Assembly: GCF_000143415.4 (NCBI RefSeq)
Contig: NW_003314335.1
Coordinates: 870,661-934,654 of the forward strand
Source: Selaginella moellendorffii
Lineage: Eukaryota; Plantae; Lycopodiophyta
Direction: 5' to 3'
DNA length: 63,994 nucleotides
The notes below the pieces were generated by a model, which saw nothing but the letters and a program-made list of their open reading frames with translations, had not been told where the DNA came from and ran no database searches. Made by a program: the position numbers and the translations under genes. This document shows positions 25,201 to 36,066 of the stretch, one piece after another; within the stretch, counting starts at the first letter, position 1; each line of letters starts with the position of its first letter.

Positions 25201-28200
25201 AGAGGACAGTTATAGTTCCACTGCAACAAAGAGTAGCTGAAGAATGAAGAAAAAAAAGTGAAAATGGACATACCCGACCGTCCGTTAGCAGCAACGAGAG
25301 CATTAGAATCTCCGCTTTCAAGCCGACTTTATACTCGAGCAGCAGACTCTCCTCTTCTTCCTCAATACTAGACTCGAGTTCAAAAGCGTTGAGAAACTGA
25401 AGAATAGGATACGAGCACCAGCAGTCGATGGAGTCGACACAAGCAGTAAGTGCGAGAGAAGGAACAGGGAATTCCAAAAAAAATGCTCCTCCGATATGAA
25501 TATTAGCAGTTGCCAGGCAAGGATAACCCGAGAGCTGTCTCGTCTTTGTCTCTGCTTTCACTTGTGTAAAGCGAGCTGAAAAGGTGCATCTGGAATCGAG
25601 AACCTCGAACTCGTCGATAAAAAAGGAGGAGGTGAACAGCACAGCCTTGCCCAGCTCGTCTTCTTCTGTCAATCTCTGATTTTCTGAGCTGCAGTCCGGC
25701 AGAAAAAACATAAGTGAAGGAACTGTAGTTTTCAAGTGAAGTACGCTGCCAACCGTCGTTCCCATCTCAAGTAACACGGCCACAGTATCTGCTGGAATAC
25801 TTGGTGTTGTGTCGAGCGGAATACATACGAACATCCAGGAGATTATCTTGTTCCACGACGAAAAGCGTAGCCACACTTCCAGTCGAGGGACCAGAATGTC
25901 CACTTGGATTTTCGACGGATTTAATGGCAGCGCCTCGATCGCAATGTTCGAAGTCTCTGATTTCACACTCACCACCAGTTTTCTCCTTACGTTGCCATCT
26001 TTCAGCTTGTAACTAGGATCGAAGATGACGACGTTGTCCAGTTTCAGCCCGAAGTGCTGAAAAACTCCTGCTTCAACACTATATGCGGCGGTAGTGCTTC
26101 TTGCTTCCAGAACTGCCACAGTATCAAGTAGACCGGGCTCTCCTTTTCTCGACAGTTTCAAGGAACTCGTAAGTTGATCGTTATGCCACTGTAAGTTGAA
26201 AGAAGGCTTGCTTTTAGCCGTCTGCGTTACTATGAACGGCTTTCCCGAAATGATGCCTTCCCAAATATCCGTGGCATGCAGGGACTTCCATCCCACAGAA
26301 GCTAGCTCCATCGACAGAAAATCAACCCACTCAATTTGTCTGTGAAGCGCGTGTCCTGGAAAGGCAAAGAAAAACTTTTCGTAAGAAATTCCAGCATTTT
26401 AGTCAAGCTTACATACCTATGCAAGAAAGTTGAATAACTGGAAACTTGATATGTATATTCGTCAACTTGTTTCTCCTGTCGCTAGTGTCTGGAGCTTCAA
26501 TCAGAATGTCACCCGTTAACATATCGATCAATGGCATAAACCATTTATCGCCGCTCCACGGTTCCAAACCGTAGTTCGATAGTGTAAGTTGTCTTCCCCT
26601 GATATAAAACAGCTTGAATGGGCTGTCGCTTGCATCCTCCACGCTATACCACTCCGGATGTGACTTCCGGAAATTCCCCGTCAACTTGAGCGGAACAAAT
26701 GAAAAGCAGAACTCGGGTATACCAATGTCGAAGTGGTGTCCTCCTCCAATCGGTAATATCAGCACAGAGTTCTTTACTTTCACCTGATAAGGAACAGATA
26801 GTTGTGTAGGCTCGACTGCCGGTGCTGAGACGTAAGTAGATTTCCACTCGGAAGATCGAAAGAATCCGATAAGGAGCACCAAGTAGTCGCTGTGCAGAAT
26901 GCATTCAATGCCTTCGAGGTCTGCCTGAATCTCGAGAGTTGGAAAAGGAAGACTCTTTTTAACCACGCTCAGATGAATAGATGATGGCTGTTGAGAGTTG
27001 AGGCGACGGAAAGGAATACCGTTCATGCCGTGTGTAGCAAACTCTGGTGCGGAAATCTGAAGGTCGGAGGCTTTGCCTTCAAGCTCCCAGTCTTCTGGAG
27101 CGGAAGATAGCATAAAAAACTCTGACTTTGATAGTACCAACGTAGCAAGAACGCCATAGACGTCGTGCATCAAGAACGAAACGTTGTCAAGTTGTAAGGC
27201 CAGAGAAAACGGTGCTTGATGAAGAGAACTTTCACCGGTTGCAGTCGGCCGAAGTTCAGAAATCTCGAGCACAAACCCAGTCAAAGCGGCAATCACGTTT
27301 CGATGGATATGGCACTCAGCGTCTTGTAAAATTAATGCCGATCTCACTGGTCCACCTTCATTCCAATTCCTTGTAATTGTAATAGACAGTCCATTACTGT
27401 CGTTGAGAGTCGAAAACAGGCATCTATCCAGGCTCTGTGAATCCATATTTTCCATGTACAGTTTTCCAGCCAACAACGCGAACTTATCTTGCAGTGCATC
27501 GCTGGAAAACCTGCACAGGTAAAGGTGAGCTATAAAAATACAACAAATGTGGCACGTACCTTAGTTTCAATGGTTCAATGTGCAAAGATATAGCTTTCAC
27601 GGAAGCAATTGATCCTTCGTCGCTTAAAACAAGCTGTACGCTGACATTTTTTATAAAAAGCTCGCCAGATATTGGTTGCGTGGTTGACTCCCTTCCTTCT
27701 CTCCGCGATTGAGACTGCAAGAAAGGCTTTGCGGCAGCGTCTATAATGGCTCCCAAGCCGGAGTAAACTACAGCTGAAACCAGAACCGTAGTTGCTGACA
27801 AACTTCCGTCAACCTACAGAACACTAGTGTTAAGTATTCTGCATCCGCATTGCAAACACTGACCTTCCATCTAGTATCCCATGAATCCTTGATCTTCTTA
27901 ATATCAAAATCTGCGTTGAACTTATCCATCACGGTCACCCAACAAAAACGACTCTCTTCACCGCTATTAGTTCCTTTAGCAAAACGAGCCTGTAAAAATA
28001 TTCAAGTAGCAAATTAAAGATTTCAATTCTTGTACCTGTATCCCAGCCAACTTCACTTCAAAGTGATTAATCACAGATCCTGAAAAATCTTTCAAATGAT
28101 TTTGAGACGCCGCTAGAACAGCTTGACCATGTTCTTTTGAAGGGAAGCCAATCATATTTGCCATCGAGAAATGCATAGACTCCAAGGGAATAGCCTGTAG

Positions 28201-31200
28201 ACAACTGTGAGAACTAATATAAGGACAAATAATTGTTTTACCAAAACCGAGTTTGAAGAAACACTATCGTTGGGTATAATGAAAACCACGTCTCTGGCAT
28301 CAACATTTAGAGAAAGCCTCGTCCTGGTAATGCAGAAAAAGCTTAGAATGCACAAAAGAAAAGAAGCTGAAACACATACAATAATGCTGACTGAATTTCC
28401 CTCGAGTCGTCTGTGTAGAACTGAACACACAACTTAAGTCGCAAAGCAAATAAAAAGCACAAAACACAAAACGCACCTCCTCTGCTTCACAAGAAGTCGG
28501 AAGTTTGAGGAAATTAAGTAAGCCTTCAGAAACGCTACGGCTGTAAATGACCTCGAATGGCCTCATGCAAACCTGCAATTTCATTCTTCCAATTAAAAGA
28601 AATCACAAGGCATTTACAGCTTACCGAAACCTTGACACCAAGATCTTCAGAAAGCTCAACGTCGATACGAATCGCTGCGTCGCGTTGGCTAGCTCCATTG
28701 CCGTTGGCAATATACAGAGAAGATACAGCTTCCGCATAACTTCCACGTGTGCTCGCTGCATAGTTTGAATAACTGCCCTGTATAGGTACTAAAGCATGCA
28801 ACGCTTGGGACGATGTGCGCAAAACTGTGAAATACATACCTTTGATATTGCCACATGAGGGTAAAGGGTGCCTTCGGTGCACACGTCTTTTACTTCAAAA
28901 GCCTTGCATGCAACAGCGCCAGTAGCTACATCCTGCAGTTTTCGGAAAGTAGTGAAGATTCCCGAAGTGACAACCTCCACAATGCCAAGTTTCGTGCAGC
29001 TAAAAAGAATAAGTATTAAACGTCATTCTACAAAGCAATGAGAAGCAAAGACTCACGAGTTTTCCAGCCGACCAACAGCTTGCCTCAGGTGTAGATTCAT
29101 TGACAGTAGACAATAGCCTTTGGACGAGTCGTTCTCTAAAAGTAGCGCCGGATGAAAATTGGTGGCCTTGTAAATGTCCTGTTACATCGCAACATTAAGC
29201 AAGACATCATGAAAATCCAGTCTCACACCTTCATAATCTCATCGGATAAAGGACCTGTAAATTCCGCCGCAGAATCCATAGTCGCGGACTTCCCCAGCAT
29301 ACCAAAGGAGAAAACATTTAGCCAGCCACGGGGGTGACTAACCGATTCAGAAACCCGATTATGTCCCTCATTGTCTTCGTCCGGCATTTCCTGCCAGTAT
29401 CTTTTCGTTAGAGCCACCTTAAACTGATTTGAGATCCCTTACTTCAAGTTCGTATTTTCTCTCTGCAAGATCTCTGAAAGAGGAGATCATCTCTAAGTCA
29501 AGCTCCTTCTCCAGCTCTTCCAGATCATAAATTATATCGTCTTCTGGAGCCTGGCCTTCTTGAAAGCACAGAAGCTTTTCTTTATATAAGGTGACATAGC
29601 GCCGGCGACAATCTCTGCAATCACAGACAACATGAGCATTACCGAGATTGCAAAAGATAAGTTGCTTACAGACGCCATGCCAAGTATCTCCAAGAGCTTC
29701 GCCGCAGCCGTTTCCGCACGTCAGAGAGCACAGCATTGATAGCATATTTCCACCAAAGGTGTTGCCAGTGGCAGGAGCTTCGCTCTTCGGTCGACAAGCC
29801 TACATGAGGACGGAAACGACCGTATCTGCTAAACGGGATTAGCAATAAAAAAAACGCAGCTGTTTTGTTCACCTTTCTCGTATACGAGAGATTTCGAACG
29901 AGTCTATCAGTAAAAACATCTCGTATAATTGCCTATCACTCAGATTAAGATCCTGCCATCAAACATTATATTGTATCGACCAGGAAAAGCTTGCATCATA
30001 CCAGTTTATCCATGCTCATGGCCAACGCATAGAGTGGAGCGCCACCATCTGATGTAGCAGACCGGTTTACCTTGAAGAAACAACAAAAGCTCGCTTCTTT
30101 TAGTCAGGAAAAACTGGCACAAGCTTACCGTAAGCTTTATTGACGCATCCATGGGATATAAAATGTAGCTCAGATTCTCGTCCTTTTTAGCGAAGCATCT
30201 ATTCAGGTAATTGCCAAGCGTACTCGTTGAGTTCCTGGAAACAGTGGGAGCGGACGAGGAGGAGTTCCAGTAGACGGACAACTTATTGATCTCCACGGAC
30301 TTATGAACAAAACCACTTTTTGTTTTCGCAGCCGAATTTCTACCATGGCCCAAAAGATAGTCATGAGAAAAAACAACTATTTGGAGATTAGCTTACCCGG
30401 CACCGCGGGCATCCGTGGTACCAACACTGAGTCCAGCAAGTTTGACACCAAAGTAAAAGCTACCCTGCAGTACAGAAACATCAACACTTGGAAATGTGCA
30501 CGGACAGTACCTCTGGATCATCTTTCTTGTCCACGTATCTGATATGAATGTTTCGTATTGTAACTTGAATGTTGTCAATAACCTGTGAACGAAAGCAGAG
30601 TAACAAACACAAAAGAAAATAGAAATAGCCGCACCTTTGCAAGGAGATGAGATAGCAAGGACTGGCGAACTTTCTCATCTGAAAGACAAAGCACACCGAG
30701 AAGAAACATTGGCATGTTTTCTTTTCAGCGCATCGCTTAGAAAAAAAGTACCTGGTACTTGTTTGGAGAGCTTTGTAATCTCTGCCGCTGCCAGTTTCGC
30801 CTTTTTGGCAGCCAATTCTCTGCTCTCCGCGGCAGTGGCATTCCACTGGAAGCAAAACCACCCTTTAGACTTCCAAAAACGACGTAGTTTCTACCACACA
30901 TACCTCTGATTCATCACGAGGACAAGCACATATATGTACATCTTCCAAAGCAATAAGAATAGGCTCCCAAAGGAGTGTTTTCCAAGAAACTTGGAGCCTT
31001 AATTTCCCAACAAAGCCTGCACAAAATTTCCAGAGTGATCCTCCACGACTAAGAATCAAACGCTACCTTGCTTGATCGCGAAGGGGAGCTGCAAGTAATC
31101 GAAAGCCTCGAGGCGCAGCTCGGCATTCTCCAGCAGCGCCACGCCTGGCAAGAGGAAAACAACCAAAGCTTTAGAGCGACAGGATCGGGAAGAAGAATCG

Positions 31201-31304
31201 CTCTCACCGCTCCACAGGCCGATGCGGAACTGCTCGCGATGGATATCTTTGATGTAATTGCCCAGATATCCTGCCACCAGAGAAAAGACCCATCCCTCAA
31301 ACAT
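19247..31304 (-). CDS. VPS13: VPS13-family bridge-like lipid transfer protein, VPS13S/SHRUBBY-like; many exons (exact splice map not resolved)
   Basis: Chorein_N start MFEGWVFSLVAGYLGNYIKDI...EAFDYLQLPFAIKQG/GKLRLQVSWK; WEPFLEPW; SHR-BD/VAB region (VPYWIYNCSG, KTVTFRPR, PYRIDNFS); C-terminal LADVEGA...HYTRQLLHELYKVLGSADVFGNP...GLTGLLQS...ARPAASMLEVAGKTAQSIRN; stop at 19247. Confidence 0.92.
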
Positions 31305-31481
31305 CGCACTGCGCTAGGAGAGCGCAGCAATACCATAAGCCCTAATCATCAAAATAATTTCTTAGGGCAAAGTTTCTATGAACAATGGACAATTTCTTTT
31401 CTTTGGCAAATCTATATCATTTCCATTCGCTAAACAAAATTAGCAATTGACGGCCTTTAGGAGAAGACACTATCTATGATT

Positions 31482-32593
31482 TCATGATTGGATTGGAGTG
31501 AGAAAAGCTTGTATGTGCTTGTTGAATTCCTTGGGCCTTTCCACTTGTGGGACGTGTCCTGTCTTTTCAATCACAACCAGCGTCGCATTCTCGCCCAAGT
31601 GTCTGGAAAGAAGCTCAAGTGAGATCCAAGAACTGTAAGGCTCGATTGGCAATCAATCAATCACTCACGCTTTTAGCCGTTTGGCGAGCTCCAGATCGAA
31701 GATCCGGTCGTGCGATCCCACGAGAATCAAGACCTCCTGTTCCAAGAAAGTTCTGTAAGTGTCAGAGAAATCCTTTCCAAGAGAGTGTCCTTGCCTGTGA
31801 AAGCTTTGGCAGCGGCTGCGCGGCCTCGGTGCCGATAACCAGGCCGTCGAGGAGCTCAATCCTCTCCTTCCTGTTGCCGCCATACACCTGGATCCAAGCA
31901 CAGTCAACGCACGGTCAGCAAGAGTCAATAAGGATTCAACGCGAGAGCCTTTACCTCCATGAGATCCCGGACCAAGCAATCTGGGAGCCACAGGCGCCTG
32001 TAGAGGCAAAGCTGGATGCTTTTCTTCTGGACCGCGACGGAGGTGGGCATGAGGACCTCGTGGATGTGCCTGGCCTGGAACGCGTCCAGGGTCGCATCGT
32101 TGCTGTGGGGATCCATGCAAACGCCCGAGCTCGCGATCACTACCTTCTTGACGCGCACCGGATCCAGCTCCGCCATCCGGAACGCCACAAATCCGCCGTA
32201 GCTCGTCCCCGCCACCGCCGCCCCGTCGACGCCCTCCGCCTCGAGGATTTCGAGCATACAGCGCGCCTGGAAGAACTCGGACCGCGCGCGCTCGTCGCTG
32301 GTGGTCGATCCGCCAAAGAAGACGAGATCGGGCACGTAGAGCGCGAAATTTCGGGACAACTCGGACAGCTGATGCTCCCACCCGGCGATCCCGTTGGCCG
32401 CGAAGCCGTGGACGAGCATGAGCGGCGGCTTGGAGGGATCGTAGCCCGGGCTCGCGCGATCGGGCACCCAGCAGCGCATCACCGTGGCGGAATCGCGCAG
32501 GGTGAACGTCTTTTCGATCAATCCCAGGCGCCGGCACCGCTTTTCCAGCCGTCGTAGCATCGATCGAACAAGCGAGAAGCCGAAGCACGCCAT
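31482..32593 (-). CDS. Alpha/beta hydrolase (MAGL/ABHD6-like lipase family), 4 exons
   Basis: LVHGFAANG oxyanion motif, YVPDLVFFG, nucleophile elbow GTSYGG, acid in GSHDRIF, His in KTGHVPQVERP; stop TGA at 31482-31484. Confidence 0.9.
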
Positions 32594-32737
32594 TGCCCTA
32601 TAATTCCTTTGTCCGAGAACCCTTTAAATACATTGTGAAGAACAGAATATGCTTATTTCGAGCGAAGAATATGCTTCTAGGGTTAGGTCAAGTTCGCTCA
32701 ATTTGGAGGCTCTTGTCACTTAAAGCTTCTACTTTTT

Positions 32738-35700
32738 CTAGCTGTTCAAGAAAGTCATTTGCTCCAAGAGTCGAAACTTGGTGTCCGCCATTCCAAGCCA
32801 TCTCCTCTTAACTCGAACCTGCAAGAAATCCATCCAGGATCTAATCACTGCTGCTAAGATTGAAACAAAACGAAACGAAAACAACGATCGTACTGGAACT
32901 GGGAGAAGCTGGCCGACTGCAAACGATGCCTTGATTGGGTCTGATATGGATCCGAGTAATCCAGGGACAGTATCAGCCTGGGATAAACAAAAGCACGATC
33001 AAAACGAAGCGTAGCGATTGAAGCAAACCTCGGGTAGCAACTGGCGACAGCGATCCACGACTTGCTTTGCCAGGTCCAGGAGCTCCTCCGTGTGCTCGCA
33101 TTCAATATCGTCGAAGAACTCCACCTGTGAAAACTAAAGTTTATAACGAGCGAAAGGTATAAGCGTACCTGTCCGATGTTGAGACCAAAAGAGCCTGGTT
33201 GCACCCACATCCTGTGCACAAAGTCCATTCAGTGTTTCAAAAGGGTGTGATCGTAAACGCTTACTTGTCGAAAGGAAGACGAAACCTCTGGACTCCGTGA
33301 GCAACGACATAAGATCGGCAATCCTTCTCGAAAAGATACACCTTGAGGTTCTGGCACACGTAACAAAGTGGCATCAGTTAAGATGAAATCCGGAGATATG
33401 AAATACTCACAGCCATGGTTCCCACTAGCTCTTGCGCAGTTTGCCAGTGCCAGTAGCTGGTAAGTCCGAATGGTTTTCCTTCTTCAACGCAGTGTCGAAC
33501 CTGGAGGAAGACTAAAATTTGTTAGCACCTGCGTGTCGGAATAGAGAAAAAAGAAAAGAAAGAGACCAGATGCCTGTATCGAGGTTCGTGCATGTGTAAC
33601 GGCATCGACCATCCTGGAAACAATACCGTGTCCAGCAGTGCGAGAGGCATCTTCACCGAGCTATCGGAGCAATGAGATTCATATGGAGCCGGAGCCGGAG
33701 TCGCAGTCGCAGGAACTTCGTACGAGCTCTTAACCTCCACTGACGTTGTGGTGCAACAATTGCTACCGTTGGTAACCTTCAGAGCGTTATCCTGTTCTGA
33801 GCTCCCCGACGCTCTAGCACCACCAGCCTGAGTCTGGACTTTACTGTGCCTAAGCAAGTAAGTATGTAACCGCTTAAGAAGCGAGCCAGGATCCACAGGA
33901 GCTGATCGCGGGCTGGTGTGCCGCTCCGCAGCTGCGTTCTTTGGGAAAAAGAGAGAGTTGCTAATAGCGTTACTGTAAGCAAGGAAAAGAATCGGTTAGT
34001 ACCATGTAGCTGGCAGTAAAATTCATACAAACCATACTCAAAAAAGTTATGACCGGAAATTCGTGCCATTCCTAATGTCATACGAAGAAATTCCGTAAAA
34101 GCATCTATCGGTAGCTTTCTCTGATCATCTGCATCAAGAAATCAGTAAACGAAAATTATACACGTATAGGAGCGTACCATCAGACGAAAGTGACAAGCCA
34201 ACAACACCAGCAGTGAGATGCCCCGTTCCAGCAAACAGTGGTCTTAAGCTGTTTATGATCTTTGGCCTTGGGACCTTTGGGCTAGTATACAGAGGAGCCA
34301 AAAATGCGCCTGCTCTGCAACCTGGACAATAACATTAGCCATCGTTGTTCGCTGCACGGAAACACTCTCACCTGCAACTTTCGGGAAACATCACGGACAA
34401 ACGCTGTACAAACTCTGGGTAAGGATATCCTGAATACGTACATGGAAAAAGTTAGCCAGGGAAAAGAAAACATTACAGTTACCTGGAGCGCCTAGTAAAA
34501 TCATGTGAGGATTGTTTCGAACGATCGCAGCTTCCATATCTGGCAGATTGGGAAGACCCGTTGTAGTTGTATGGAAAGCTGTGGCTTTTGTCCCGGGCAG
34601 ATATGCCACACACAAAATCATCCGATAACCATCGTCTATGGTGGCCACGGACTCGTCACTCATTGGAGAGGCCTGGCTTGTGGCACCGCTGGAAGCTCCT
34701 CGAGGCACTCCACCTGGACCACCCTCGGCGACAGCTTCCGAAACTACAATCCTCTCAACGTCTGGCACGGCACTTGTGTTTCCTGGACCGGATGATTTCG
34801 TGTTGAGAGACGCCCCACCGCTTTTCTCTTCTTCCTTCTCCAATGCTAGTTCTCCATTCTTACTTTCCGGATCCTTCTCCATCTTCTTACACTGAAGTGC
34901 CTGCTCTTCGGACTTTCCGACTTCTTCAGGAACTTTCGCATTGCCAGCTAGAACATCCGTCGCGCTAGAAGCCTTGAGTTCCTTGTCAAAAGCAACTAGA
35001 TCTTCGTTGTCCGGAACCACGCCGGGATTCTCTCGCGTCCACCGAGCACAGTCCCCAACCAGAGCTTTGAAATCTTCCACTGTATCCTCGTCCGGAAACG
35101 CGCTAGCAGCTCTCAATGTGAGACCACCCTCATGATCTTGCTTGACAGCCAGAGCTCTCACATCGCCATCCCCAGCAACGTCCACACCAGCAGCCTTGTA
35201 CCCGGAAGAACTGGAAACCGAAGGAGCACCGAGCTTCTTCTCGGCACCACCGCCTCCTGGGCTTGTAGCAGCCGGAGCAGCGACGTTCCATAGATCCGCC
35301 ACGCAACCAATGAATGGAGCAGCGATCTTTGCTGGAGCACTACCACCTTGTGCTGTTAAAACCTCCGAAAATGATCGTCCCAGTTCTTCCAGAGCTGCCG
35401 CGGATGATGGATTGTGCTTGGAAACAAATGCCACGGCGAGAGTGGGGGCATTTGTCCCGACGAGCGAGCAAGCTTGCGACCAGGCCGGCAATGCAGACTG
35501 GCCCTTGTCGCTGTTGACAACCACGGTCGCAAAGTTGAAGATCCTTCCATCGGCATCAACCTGGCTGCGGTAGAAATTTCCAGCGACTGGAGCATCGCAT
35601 TCCCCTGTGGCGATCGATGAGCTCCACCGCAGGCTTACCCTAGCTTGAAAATCTGGAAATACTTTCCTGCCTCTGCCGCCACTGTGCCGGTTCGATCGAG

Positions 35701-35782
35701 CTCTCAGCAAAGACGCAGCTGAGAATCCCCCGCGATGCAACATTTCCCTCGCGCAATCTGGCGCTGGAAGGCGATATTTCAT
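32738..35782 (-). CDS. Multi-exon gene: putative transit peptide + FIST_N-like domain (split by a long low-complexity insert) + C-terminal Lon protease N-terminal substrate-binding domain
   Basis: LON-N signature MPLALLDTVLFPGWSMPLHMHEPRYRHLV..CVEEGKPFG..VGTMA..VAHGVQRFR..VEFFDD..KRRWLGMADTKFRL. FIST-like segments PTLAVAFVS..PFIGC, LCVAYLPGTKATAFH..LPNL, PHMILLGAP and LFAGTGHLTAGVVGLSLS. Start ATG is at 35782 or 35743; stop TAG at 32738. Confidence 0.8.
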
Positions 35783-36066
35783 CGATCGAGGAAAGAAGGA
35801 AGCGCTTACCGCCCTAGCGACAAGGCGCTCGTCGAGCGCTTTGAGCGCCTTCTGCCCTAACCATTACCCCCCTTCCTCGCTTCACACAAGATTTTAATTT
35901 CCTTGGATCCAATCCTAGGTTGCGCGGGAAGAATGAAAGGAGAGATCCTCGTGACAATCCAAAGATCTTGCTCTCTAGATTCCAGTCGACAATGCAAGAG
36001 TTCTAGAACTAGAATCTCTTCCAGAATTTCTTCCGTTCTAGATGAGGAGGTTCCAATTGCTAGGGA

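Noticed and set aside
31547-32588. Long alternative ORFs (336 aa plus strand, 307 aa minus strand)
   Set aside because: Shadow frames of the GC-rich hydrolase gene.
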